A stretch of 64,000 nucleotides of DNA from Planctomycetota bacterium (GCA_031403195.1 JANNSZ010000033.1:68525-132524), one strand, 5' to 3'. Positions 19,270-28,685 are shown, counted from the stretch's first letter. Numbers and translations: made by a program. Notes: a model not told the origin generated them from the letters alone.

Positions 19270-21501
19270 ATGTCTACCGCCGACGCCTTTCGATCCAGTA
19301 CCACACGGCCCGTCGGGCTGCGGAAACGTGGTGATCTTGTCGTCACCCGCCAGCTCTACCAGGGGCAGGCTTGGTATGTTGTCAAGGATCCGATATCCCT
19401 TCACTACTACCGTTTTAGGCCTGAGGAATATGCACTCCTCGAAAAGCTTGACGGCCGGGTGAGCCTCGAAGGGCTCAAGACCTGGTTCGAGGAGCGATTT
19501 CCGCCGCGCCGCATCACGCTCGATGAGGCAGCTCGATTCGTCGCCACACTCCACCGCTCAGGCCTCGTGATCGGCGACCGGCCGGGGCAGGGGCCGCAGC
19601 TCTTCGAGCTGCGGCGGCAGCGAAAATGGAAGGAGTGGGTGGCCTGGATGTCGAACATCATGGCCCTTCGCTTCCGCGGCCTCGATCCCGATTGGCTGCT
19701 CGAGCGACTGAAGCCCAGGTTTGGCTGGATCTTTTCGCCGGCGGCCATAGTGTGTGCGACGGCGTTTGCGCTCTCGGCGCTGCTGCTGGTCCTCGTCAAC
19801 TTCAGCGTCTTTCGCTCCAAGCTGCCCGAGTTCAATCAGTTCTTCGCCGCAGGAAATTGGCTCTACCTGGCCATCGCCTTGGCGATCACGAAGGTGATCC
19901 ATGAGTTCGGCCATGGTTTGTCGTGCAAATACTACGGCGGCGAATGCCATGAGATGGGCGTCATGCTGCTGGTGTTCACCCCGTGCCTGTACTGCGATGT
20001 TTCAGACAGCTGGATGCTCCCGAACAAGTGGCAGCGGGCTGCGATTGGAGCGGCGGGAATGTATGTCGAGGTGGTGCTGGCATCGATCGCGACGTACCTC
20101 TGGTGGAATTCACACCCCGGCATCTTCAACCAGCTCTGTCTCGACGTGATGTTCGTGTCGAGCGTGTCGACCATCCTGTTTAACGCGAATCCACTTCTTC
20201 GGTATGACGGGTACTACATTCTCTCCGACGTGCTCGAGATCCCGAACCTTCGCCAGAAGGCCTCCACGATTCTCAATCGCCTCATGTCGCGGTGGTGCCT
20301 CGGCATCAAGCAGCGCGACGATCCGTTTCTGCCGCAACGGAACCTCGGCTGGTTTGCCCTCTATGCGGTCGCATCGAGTATCTATATATGGTTCGTCACG
20401 GCCTCGATCTTTCTGTTCATGTGGAACGTGTTCAAGCCATACCGGCTTGAGGTCTTCGGGCGAATACTTGCCGCTGGCGCGATCTGGGGACTGGTCATCA
20501 GGCCGCTCCATGGGATGATCAAGTTTCTTAAGGTGCCCGGGAGGCGCGACGAAGTGAAAACAGCGAATGTGCTCGTGACGGGCCTCGTGGCAGCCGCGTT
20601 GGTGGCCGGTGTGGCTCTCATTCCTCTTCCCCAACGAGTACGGTGTCCAGCCGAGCTCCGGCCCCGGGGTGCCGAGACGGTGTATGTGTCCGTTGCCGGA
20701 CGCCTTGAGCAGCTTCTCGTCAAGCCAGACGCGATCGTTCGTAAGGGCGACGCGATTGCGGTGCTGTCAAGCCCCGAGCTCGATCTCGAGATTGCTGAGC
20801 TTCAGGGGAGGCAGACGCAGGCGGAGTCTCGGCTCGACAGCCTCCGACGGGAACGATTTGCCGACCCATCGGCCGCGCTCGAGATCGGCACGGTGGAGGA
20901 AACACTCGAGAGTGTCCTGGAGCAGCTTGCCCGGCGACGGCGTGATCGTGATGAGCTCGTGCTCCGGGCGCCGCGAGACGGCGTGGTCCTGCCGGCGGCC
21001 CGCGTGCCACCGCAGCCCGATTCAGCCGGCCGACTTCCGGGCTGGTCGGGGAACCCGCTTGGAGAGCGGAACCTCGGCGCGACGTTTGTGGCTGGTACGG
21101 TCGTGTGTCTGGTCGGAGACGCCGAGCGATTCGAGGCTGCCATGGTGGTCGATCAGACGGACCTCGAATTCGTGAAGCGAGGCCAGCGGGTGGATCTCAA
21201 GCTCGATGCATTATCCGATCACACGTACTCAGGTGAGATTGCGGAACTGGCAGAGGCGAATCTCGAGTCGGGCTCCGAGCGGCTCAGTGGCAAGGCCGGG
21301 GGGGGTGTCCCCACGGAGACCGACGAGAGTGGCCGCGAACGGCCGATTTCGACAAGCTACGAAGCCCTGATGACGCTCGATGACCCCGACAGGGTTTTCA
21401 CGCCCGGCATGCGGGGCACCGCTCGCATCGAGGTGGGGAGCCGTACGGTCGGCCAGTGGCTCCTGCGGCTCGTGTGGCAGACCTTCAACTTCAGGATGTA
21501 G
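19270..21501 (+). CDS. M50/site-2-protease-like zinc metalloprotease fused to a C-terminal HlyD-like membrane-fusion domain
   Basis: HEFGH lies at nt 19900-19914. The second S2P motif FNANPLLRYDGYYILSD is present, with multiple TMs. The C-terminal MFP region has VSVAGRLEQLLVKPDAIVRKGDAIAVLSS, a coiled coil, and LRAPRDGVVLPA. The N-terminal ~100 aa are PqqD-like. Confidence 0.85.
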   Translation: MSTADAFRSSTTRPVGLRKRGDLVVTRQLYQGQAWYVVKDPISLHYYRFRPEEYALLEKLDGRVSLEGLKTWFEERFPPRRITLDEAARFVATLHRSGLVIGDRPGQGPQLFELRRQRKWKEWVAWMSNIMALRFRGLDPDWLLERLKPRFGWIFSPAAIVCATAFALSALLLVLVNFSVFRSKLPEFNQFFAAGNWLYLAIALAITKVIHEFGHGLSCKYYGGECHEMGVMLLVFTPCLYCDVSDSWMLPNKWQRAAIGAAGMYVEVVLASIATYLWWNSHPGIFNQLCLDVMFVSSVSTILFNANPLLRYDGYYILSDVLEIPNLRQKASTILNRLMSRWCLGIKQRDDPFLPQRNLGWFALYAVASSIYIWFVTASIFLFMWNVFKPYRLEVFGRILAAGAIWGLVIRPLHGMIKFLKVPGRRDEVKTANVLVTGLVAAALVAGVALIPLPQRVRCPAELRPRGAETVYVSVAGRLEQLLVKPDAIVRKGDAIAVLSSPELDLEIAELQGRQTQAESRLDSLRRERFADPSAALEIGTVEETLESVLEQLARRRRDRDELVLRAPRDGVVLPAARVPPQPDSAGRLPGWSGNPLGERNLGATFVAGTVVCLVGDAERFEAAMVVDQTDLEFVKRGQRVDLKLDALSDHTYSGEIAELAEANLESGSERLSGKAGGGVPTETDESGRERPISTSYEALMTLDDPDRVFTPGMRGTARIEVGSRTVGQWLLRLVWQTFNFRM

Positions 21502-21513
21502 GCGAACCGCCGC

Positions 21514-22440
21514 ATGCTGTCGCTCGAACGGATCACGATTTATCCGATCAAGAGCCTCGACGGCCTCGTCGTAGACGAGGCTCATGTGCTGCCTGCTGGA
21601 GGTCTCGCCAACGATCGCCGGTGGCAGCTCGTTGACATGGAGGGCAGGGTGGTCAATGGCAAGCGGATGCCGCTGCTCCATGCAATCCGGTCTGCCTACT
21701 CGATCGAGGGCCTCGCGGCCGACGCGGAGGTCTGGCCGGTAGCCATGAGCAACGCGGTGCGCCTCACCATCGATCCGCCGGCGGTGGCAGCGAGCGCCGT
21801 TCCAGGTGTCGAACGGATGGCCGGCCTTCGTTCCGCGATCTTTCCGCTCGTGGCCGGGAGGGACGGGCCGTGTGAGTGGCTGTCGGAGGCGCTTGGTGTC
21901 GATGTCCTCCTCGTGGAGCGGCGAGACGGAGGGTTTCCCGACGATCGTGACGCCGCAGGACCGACACTGGCCGCAACGGCCACGCTTGTGGAAGTGGCGA
22001 GGTGGTTCCGGATCGACCTCGAAGAGTGCCGTCGGCGGTTTCGCGTGAACCTCGAGATCGGTGGAGGCGATCCCTTCTGGGAGGACACGCTCGCATGCCC
22101 GATCCGGCGGGAGTTGTGCCCCCCACTGACGCAGGACACGGCCGAGCTGCCGGCCGATCCCTACGCGGACCTGCCCCCGCCCGAGCCCAGAGTGGTGACA
22201 ATCGGTGGGGTGAGCCTGCGAGTGACGAATGTCTGTCGCCGCTGCGTGGTCCCGAGCCGCGACAGTCGCACCGGCAGGGTCACAGAACACTTTCGCGATG
22301 TGTTCGAATCGTATCGGCAGCGCACCATCCGTGATGACGTGGATGCCACATCGTGGAGCCACTGGTACCGTCTCGCTCTCAACACGGTGGCCTTCGAGGC
22401 TGGGGCCATCACGTGTGGTGACCCGGTGCGGCCAGGGTGA
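21514..22440 (+). CDS. MOSC domain protein (with MOSC N-terminal beta-barrel)
   Basis: N-terminus ITIYPIKSLDGLVVDEAHVLPAGGLANDRRWQLVD. Conserved Cys region VTNVCRRCVVPSRDSRTG. Starts 12 nt after the previous stop. Confidence 0.85.
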   Translation: MLSLERITIYPIKSLDGLVVDEAHVLPAGGLANDRRWQLVDMEGRVVNGKRMPLLHAIRSAYSIEGLAADAEVWPVAMSNAVRLTIDPPAVAASAVPGVERMAGLRSAIFPLVAGRDGPCEWLSEALGVDVLLVERRDGGFPDDRDAAGPTLAATATLVEVARWFRIDLEECRRRFRVNLEIGGGDPFWEDTLACPIRRELCPPLTQDTAELPADPYADLPPPEPRVVTIGGVSLRVTNVCRRCVVPSRDSRTGRVTEHFRDVFESYRQRTIRDDVDATSWSHWYRLALNTVAFEAGAITCGDPVRPG

Positions 22441-22453
22441 CCGTCGCCGCCGA

Positions 22454-24655
22454 TCAGGGCGGCACGGTGACGATGACGCCCGTGGTGTTCGTTACGTCGG
22501 CTGCCACGGTGCCAGGGATGGTCGCCGGCGGCGGGGCAGGGTTCGCGACGAGGAAGCTCTCGCTGATATCGAAGAATCCTGTCGATGTGCCATTGAGGAC
22601 GATGGCGTTGTTCGTGCCAGAGTTTACTGCCGACTCGAGCGAAGTGAGTTGGATATTGAGCGTGGCATCGTCGTTAGACTGGAAGGCGGGGAGCAAGGTG
22701 TTCAGGGAGGACAGCCGGCTCGTGCCCTCGATCGTCACGATCGATGCTGCATCATTGGATATGGAGACGAAGGCCTCATTGGTAGCACCCGTCACTCGCA
22801 GATTCGTGAACGTGATTTGGCCGTTTACGTTGCTCGAGACGAGGGCACCGAAATCCCCGGGGGTGATGAGCCTCGCCTGGCCGATGTTCACGACCGTGTC
22901 CGTCGTGGTTGCGATGGTAATCGGTGCGTTGAACTGCGAGTCCGAGTCGACAATCCCGTATGACACGAAGAACCGGCCGTCGCGTGCCACGGGTGTAAGC
23001 ATCGAATTCGTCGTGCGGTTGACGTTGATCGTGCCTCCAGTCGTGAGTTCGACAAGAACGCTCGGGTTGGGAGAGTTCGTGTTCGAGATGAGCCCTTGGA
23101 AGTTGACGTCGCCCGCACCATTGGTGACGAGCAGGCCGCTGTCCATGTTTTGGACAACCATGTTGAAGAAATTGACCTCGGCACCGAGGTTCATTGTGTC
23201 CAAGTCAAGCCCCGCATCGCCAGCCACACTTGTCCCCACAATCTCCACGTCGTTGACATTGGCCGCGGTGTTCAGGCTCGCGTTGGCCGCGATGCCCACC
23301 GGAGCGCCTTCGATCCGGAAGTGGTCGACGACAGCACCGTCCCGTAGCTCGATGGCCGTCGAGCCCGAGTTCAGCAAGGGCCGAAGAGCGCCACTGCCAG
23401 CGAAATAGCTCTGATATCCATCCGCCAGGGTATTGAGTTCGAGGGACGATCCCTCGCCGATGAGGAGTTGATTGTCGGCCTGGAACTGCCAGGTGGAATC
23501 GTAGGGGACTGTGGCACTGTTGCCAGCGTGAACAAACACGATGTCGTAGGGGGCAAGGGCTAGATTCTGCGCGAGGGCCAGTGTCCGCACGGGTGCCTCA
23601 GCCGTGCCCGTACCACCCACCTGCGCGGTGTCGTCTACGTGGATCACATTCCACGCCAAGCTCGTGACCGGATTGATCGCGACGACCGGGGTCTGGTGGG
23701 CACGGACAATATGCTCGTTCCGCATCATGGGCTGCTCGACCTGGTCGGGGACGTTCCGCCGGCGGCTGCCGCCCATGCGGTACGTGAGTCTCGCGTACCC
23801 GGTCCAGTCGAAGTAGCTGTCGTTGTTCGCCTGGAGCGAGAAGTCCCAGTTCTCGATAAACGTCATGTCGAGGCGGGTGTAGACACCGCCGAACCATGGC
23901 ACGACATCCTCGCCAACGTCCGAGCCTTCAGCCCACGTATATCCCGAGTTGCCGAGGGCGTAACCACCCACACTGACCATACCGCCCCAATCGGCGAGGC
24001 CTGGGATGTACGCGCCGACCTCAAGGTCGGCGCCACCGAGAGCCGCGTCGAGCCCGTTCAGCGAAAGGATGAAATTCTGTGTGAAGGGGGCGCCTGGAGA
24101 TCCAATCGTGTAGGCCGTCGAGCCCACGGGAATGTAGCCGTTGCTCCGGAGATTGCCGAAGTCGGTGAGCCACTCGCCCGAGATTCCCACCTGGTTATAG
24201 GTATGGCCGAACTGGCCGAACTCGTCCGTCCCCGGCACGCCCGCCGTGGGATACTGATTCATGTCGCCGTCGTAGTCCCAGTAGACGCCCACCCCGAAAA
24301 GGGTGCCACCGATGAATTGCTTGCGGATCGCGCCCACGTTCGAGAAGAATCCGCCATACTCCGAGAGATGGCCTCGCACATCAGCCGCCCAGAGACCTCC
24401 CAGGTCATCCTCGGCGTAGGGAAAGAACCCGCCGAGGGTCATGTACGAGCCGTTGTAGCCCAAGCCTCGGTCGGCTGGGTTGACCCCGTAGTAAAACCAG
24501 CCCGGGCCAGTGCCCCGAAAAATACCGAGTGGTGTGGCTGCCTGATTGATCAGGCCAGCCGCGGGCTGTCCGACCTGGGCCTCGGCGATCGACGCGGCAC
24601 CGGCGGCCATGACAGCCACCAGCGTCAGCATCACGGTTCGCATTGTCGCTCGCAT
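22454..24655 (-). CDS. inverse autotransporter (intimin/invasin-type N-terminal beta-barrel) with parallel beta-helix passenger
   Basis: Signal peptide MRTVMLTLVAVMAAGAASIAEA. Barrel-like region is LGGFFPYAEDDLGGLWAADVRGHLSEYGGFFSNVG...YNQVGISGEWLTDFGNLRSNGYIPVG...DFSLQANNDSYFDWTGYARLTYRMG. A linker follows, then ~22-aa beta-helix-like repeats. Confidence 0.78.
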   Translation of the reverse strand: MRATMRTVMLTLVAVMAAGAASIAEAQVGQPAAGLINQAATPLGIFRGTGPGWFYYGVNPADRGLGYNGSYMTLGGFFPYAEDDLGGLWAADVRGHLSEYGGFFSNVGAIRKQFIGGTLFGVGVYWDYDGDMNQYPTAGVPGTDEFGQFGHTYNQVGISGEWLTDFGNLRSNGYIPVGSTAYTIGSPGAPFTQNFILSLNGLDAALGGADLEVGAYIPGLADWGGMVSVGGYALGNSGYTWAEGSDVGEDVVPWFGGVYTRLDMTFIENWDFSLQANNDSYFDWTGYARLTYRMGGSRRRNVPDQVEQPMMRNEHIVRAHQTPVVAINPVTSLAWNVIHVDDTAQVGGTGTAEAPVRTLALAQNLALAPYDIVFVHAGNSATVPYDSTWQFQADNQLLIGEGSSLELNTLADGYQSYFAGSGALRPLLNSGSTAIELRDGAVVDHFRIEGAPVGIAANASLNTAANVNDVEIVGTSVAGDAGLDLDTMNLGAEVNFFNMVVQNMDSGLLVTNGAGDVNFQGLISNTNSPNPSVLVELTTGGTINVNRTTNSMLTPVARDGRFFVSYGIVDSDSQFNAPITIATTTDTVVNIGQARLITPGDFGALVSSNVNGQITFTNLRVTGATNEAFVSISNDAASIVTIEGTSRLSSLNTLLPAFQSNDDATLNIQLTSLESAVNSGTNNAIVLNGTSTGFFDISESFLVANPAPPPATIPGTVAADVTNTTGVIVTVPP

Positions 24656-24755
24656 GGGTCAGTCGCCTCGATGCTCGTTCACGTTTTGAATTGTTCTTGC
24701 CCTGACACCTCAAGGCAGGCGGTCGTCCGCTGTTTCACTGGGCTATTGAAAGGGC

Positions 24756-27700
24756 TCAGGGAATCGGTGGAATCGGCGGTGGCGGTGGTGGAAGTGGCAC
24801 GACCGTGGCAGCTGCGAAGTTCACGCTCTCTGGCTCTTGCAGGATGTCGACAACCGCATTGAAATTGAGGTTCTCGAGTGTGACCTCGTTTGCAGTGGCG
24901 ACCGTGATCGGTCGGTTGAGTGCGGGGGTAAATGGCGGCAGCGGAGCTGGCCACAAGGTGGTGTCGCCACCCGTGGCGAGCAGAATATCGGTGTCGAGGC
25001 CCCCTTGCACCTGATTGCCTTCGATCCGTGCAAAGACGCGAGACAACGGTCGGCCAGGGAACCCAAGGGTCTGGTCGAAGACCGCATTGACATTGATACC
25101 GGGGCCCTGAGTCGAGGCGATGTTGTTCGTAAGTGCCGTGAAATTGATGGTTGGAGCGGGCCCAATAGGGCCGTTCGGCGGAGGATTCAGCAGGTCTGGC
25201 GCTGCCTCGATAGAAATGCCGAACGCCACCGCACCAATCGTCGTGTCGGAAACCAATACCTGGTACGCATTGGGCGGTCCGATGCTGTCTGCCACGGCAC
25301 GGATTCCGTAGAGCCCGGAGTTGCTGATGGCTGTCCGCCTACTTTGGGGATCGCTCGCATCGAGCCGTTCCACCCGTAGGTTGCTGTTCAAGGTGAGGAT
25401 GCCACCGCCGCTGGTTGCCGAGATGGTTGAGCCTCGGACGGCGACCACGCTGTCGACGGCACCAGACACTCCGACGGCTCGTATGCCTGCGCCGACCGCT
25501 GTCTGAATGGTCGAGTCTTGCACGAGAATCGACCCGCCGTCCGTGAAGATACCATCGGCGCCGGTGTCACTAATGATCGACTCGCCCAAGACGAAAAGCT
25601 CGGCGTCGGCATCGAGCACGTCGATGCCATTCAGCGTGGTCCTTCTCAGCGTCGAGCCATTGACCATCTGAACAACGGCATCCGGGGCGTCTATCACGAT
25701 GCCTGTGCCAGCGACGTCTGCGATGTCCGTGTTGTCGAGTATGACAGTGGCCCCCGTGCCCGTGACGGATACGGCAGGGTTCCCGGTGTCTGTAATCGTC
25801 GAGGCGGTCGCGGTTACAACCGAATCGGTTCCGGATGCGACAATACCCTGACCTGTCATCGTGGTGATGGTCGTTGCGTTGATATCCACCCTCGCGCGGT
25901 CGCCCGATGCCACGATGGCATCGCCGTCGATCCCGCGTGTGTCTGTGATGGTGCTGGCACTGACAGTAATCACCGAATCATCGCCCGACGCGGCGACTGC
26001 CGTGCCGTCGATGCGCGTGAATGTCGTCGAAGCGACCGAAATCGTCGCGGCCGGGCCGGCTGCCGACACGCCGACGCCGTCCACGTCTGTCAAAGTCGAG
26101 TTGGTGATGACCACGTCACCGCCGGCTGCGGAAACTACGAAGCCGTCATTGCCGAGGTTCGAAAGCCGCACATCGTTGAACCGAAACTCTCCAGTGGAAT
26201 TGGCGATTTCGACGCCCCGCTCGAATGGACCGTTCGCGCCTCGGATGATGACGTCGTTGATGATCGCAACCCCTGGCGATGAGAAGCCAGCGCCATCCGA
26301 GATACCGACGCTCGAGTTGACGATGTCGAAGTGATCGACCCTCGTGCCAGGCTGGTCCACGTTGATCGCGGCCCCGACCGGATTGGTGATCACCGGATAG
26401 AGGTCTGGTCTGTTCGACGCGTTGAGAGAGAGTTCGCCGCATTCAACGGTCTGGATCAGGAAGCTCGTGCCCTCACCCAAGAGAGACTGGTTTACATTCC
26501 CGAATGAGTAGCCCGCGACCGGCGTGGCATAGGGAGTGGTCTGGCTGTTGCCAACGTTGACATAGACGATGTCCCAGGCATTGAGCGCGGCCGCCTCGGC
26601 CTCGGCGAGTGTCTGAAAAGGGGCGTTCGCCGTGCCGTTGCCGCCCGCCGCCGCCGAGTTGTCAACGTGGAACATCTGCCAAGGGAGGGCATTGCCCGCG
26701 GCATCCAAATTGTTTGGGTTCAGTGCGACCACGGGCGCCTGGTGGGCGCGAACGATGTGCTCGTTTCGCATCATCGGCTGCTCAACTTGATCGGGCACAT
26801 TCCGCCGCCGGCTGCCACCCATGCGGTAGGTGAGGCGGGCAAACCCTGTCCAGTCGAAGTAGCTGTCGTTGTTGGCCTGGAGCGAGAAGTCCCAGTTCTC
26901 AACGAACGTCATATCGAGCCTGGTGTAGACACCACCAAACCAGGGCACAGCGGGCCCCTGACCGGGAAACTCGTACCGCGCGTTGCCAAAGGCATAGCCG
27001 CCGACGTTCACCATGCCGGCCCAATCTGCGAGGCCTGGGATGTAGGCACCGACCTCGAGATCCGCACCGCCAAGGGCTGCATTGATGCCGTTGTCGCAGA
27101 GAATCGAGTTGCCGACGAATGGGCCCATGATCTGGCCCGTGGAGCCGACCGGGATGTAGCCATTGCTTCGCAGGTTGCCGAAGTCGGTGAGCCATTCGCC
27201 AGAGATTCCGACCTGGTTGTATGTCTGGCCGCCTTCAAACAGGATTGGCCCCGACGTATCGGCGATCACCGTATCGTCGTACTGGTTCAGGTCGCCGTCG
27301 TAGTCCCAGTAGACGCCGAAACCGAGAAGCGTACCCCCGATGAATTGCTTCCGAACCGCACCGACGTTCGAGAAGAAGCCGCCATACTCGGAAAGATGCC
27401 CGCGGACGTCGGCCGCCCAGAGGCCACCAAGGTCATCGTCAGCGGTCGGGATGAATCCCCCGAGGGTCATGTAGCTGCCGCGGTACCCGAAGCCACGGTC
27501 GGCTGCGTTGGCACCGTAATAGAGGACGCCCGGCCCGTTGTCGCTGAGGCCTCGAAGGCCATTGACGGCACGGCCAACGACGCCCCCTGAAGGTGCCATG
27601 GCAGTTTGCCCTACCTGCGCGTAGCCCTGCGATGCCGGAGCAAACGCAAAGACAGCCGCCGCAAGTCCGAGGGTCACCGCTCGCCTAGCCCGCCGACTCA

Positions 27701-27779
27701 GGGCCGCGAGCCGCTGCCGGATTGCCCGCAGCCTCACTGCGGTCCGTCTGGCACGGTACTGTTTGGCTGTCGTGCTCAT
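24756..27779 (-). CDS. inverse autotransporter paralog with long parallel beta-helix passenger and polyproline C-terminus
   Basis: Long basic signal peptide. The barrel region is highly similar to the downstream paralog. The passenger has many repeats such as VITNSTLTDVDGVGVSAAG / ITVSASTITDTRGIDGDAIVASG. It ends PLPPPPPPIPPIP. Confidence 0.8.
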   Translation of the reverse strand: MSTTAKQYRARRTAVRLRAIRQRLAALSRRARRAVTLGLAAAVFAFAPASQGYAQVGQTAMAPSGGVVGRAVNGLRGLSDNGPGVLYYGANAADRGFGYRGSYMTLGGFIPTADDDLGGLWAADVRGHLSEYGGFFSNVGAVRKQFIGGTLLGFGVYWDYDGDLNQYDDTVIADTSGPILFEGGQTYNQVGISGEWLTDFGNLRSNGYIPVGSTGQIMGPFVGNSILCDNGINAALGGADLEVGAYIPGLADWAGMVNVGGYAFGNARYEFPGQGPAVPWFGGVYTRLDMTFVENWDFSLQANNDSYFDWTGFARLTYRMGGSRRRNVPDQVEQPMMRNEHIVRAHQAPVVALNPNNLDAAGNALPWQMFHVDNSAAAGGNGTANAPFQTLAEAEAAALNAWDIVYVNVGNSQTTPYATPVAGYSFGNVNQSLLGEGTSFLIQTVECGELSLNASNRPDLYPVITNPVGAAINVDQPGTRVDHFDIVNSSVGISDGAGFSSPGVAIINDVIIRGANGPFERGVEIANSTGEFRFNDVRLSNLGNDGFVVSAAGGDVVITNSTLTDVDGVGVSAAGPAATISVASTTFTRIDGTAVAASGDDSVITVSASTITDTRGIDGDAIVASGDRARVDINATTITTMTGQGIVASGTDSVVTATASTITDTGNPAVSVTGTGATVILDNTDIADVAGTGIVIDAPDAVVQMVNGSTLRRTTLNGIDVLDADAELFVLGESIISDTGADGIFTDGGSILVQDSTIQTAVGAGIRAVGVSGAVDSVVAVRGSTISATSGGGILTLNSNLRVERLDASDPQSRRTAISNSGLYGIRAVADSIGPPNAYQVLVSDTTIGAVAFGISIEAAPDLLNPPPNGPIGPAPTINFTALTNNIASTQGPGINVNAVFDQTLGFPGRPLSRVFARIEGNQVQGGLDTDILLATGGDTTLWPAPLPPFTPALNRPITVATANEVTLENLNFNAVVDILQEPESVNFAAATVVPLPPPPPPIPPIP

Positions 27780-28085
27780 GGATTCTTGACCACGTCCTGC
27801 GGAAGCCGGTGCTAGCGGGATCGCCCCGCCGTGGAACCGGCATGATCGTCAGAAGTGATCGACCCACCGCCACCGTCACGATGAGGATTTTCGGCATCAA
27901 TTCCGGAATCGGCAGCGTCGAGTGGCGTTTCCTGTCTTGCCAGGATGATCCTGTGTGACGCAACGTGCTGCGGGAACGGCCCCCTCGCTCCTCTATGTCC
28001 CGCATCTGATGGCCGCATGTGGCCCGGCAGCCGCCGATCCCGTACAACGCCGAGATTGCCCGTCCCCACCGGACCGCCTCCCGCC

Positions 28086-28685
28086 ATGTGGCTCCACCAG
28101 GATTACGATGCGATCCTGTTCGATTGCGATGGGACACTCGCCGATACGATGCCCGCGCATTACCGTGCCTGGCTGGCCGTGACCGAGCCCCACGGGATCC
28201 TTTTTGGGGAGGACCGTTTTTACGCGCTAGGGGGACGGCCAACCCGCGACATCCTGGCCACGCTCTTTGACGAGGCAGGGGTGGCCGTCGACCTTGACCA
28301 GGCGGCCCACCATAAGGAGCAGGCCTTTTTGGCTCAGCTCGACGGCATCCTGCCGATCCCCCCCGTTGTGGAGGTCGTTCGCCGGTCGTGGGGGGTTGTC
28401 CCCATGGCGGTGGTGACGGGCGGCTACCGGGATGTCTGCCGGCGGATCCTCGACCGCCTCGGCCTCGCCGACGCCTTTACCACGATCGTGGCCAGCGAGG
28501 ATACACCCCGTCACAAGCCAGACCCTGAGCCATTCCTGGAGGCAACACGCAGGCTCGGGGTGTGTCCCGAACGGTGTGTTGTGTGGGAGGATAGTGACCT
28601 GGGCATCGAGGCTGCTCGACGCGCGGGCATGCCGTGGGTCGATGTGCGCTCATTTCACACACCAGCCCGGCTTCGCACACCATGA
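28086..28685 (+). CDS. HAD-superfamily hydrolase (beta-phosphoglucomutase-like subfamily IA)
   Basis: Internal ATG at 28086 gives MWLHQDYDAILFDCDGTLADT (DxDxT motif I). Later motifs are VVTGG and WEDSDLGIEAARRAG. Confidence 0.8.
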   Translation: MWLHQDYDAILFDCDGTLADTMPAHYRAWLAVTEPHGILFGEDRFYALGGRPTRDILATLFDEAGVAVDLDQAAHHKEQAFLAQLDGILPIPPVVEVVRRSWGVVPMAVVTGGYRDVCRRILDRLGLADAFTTIVASEDTPRHKPDPEPFLEATRRLGVCPERCVVWEDSDLGIEAARRAGMPWVDVRSFHTPARLRTP

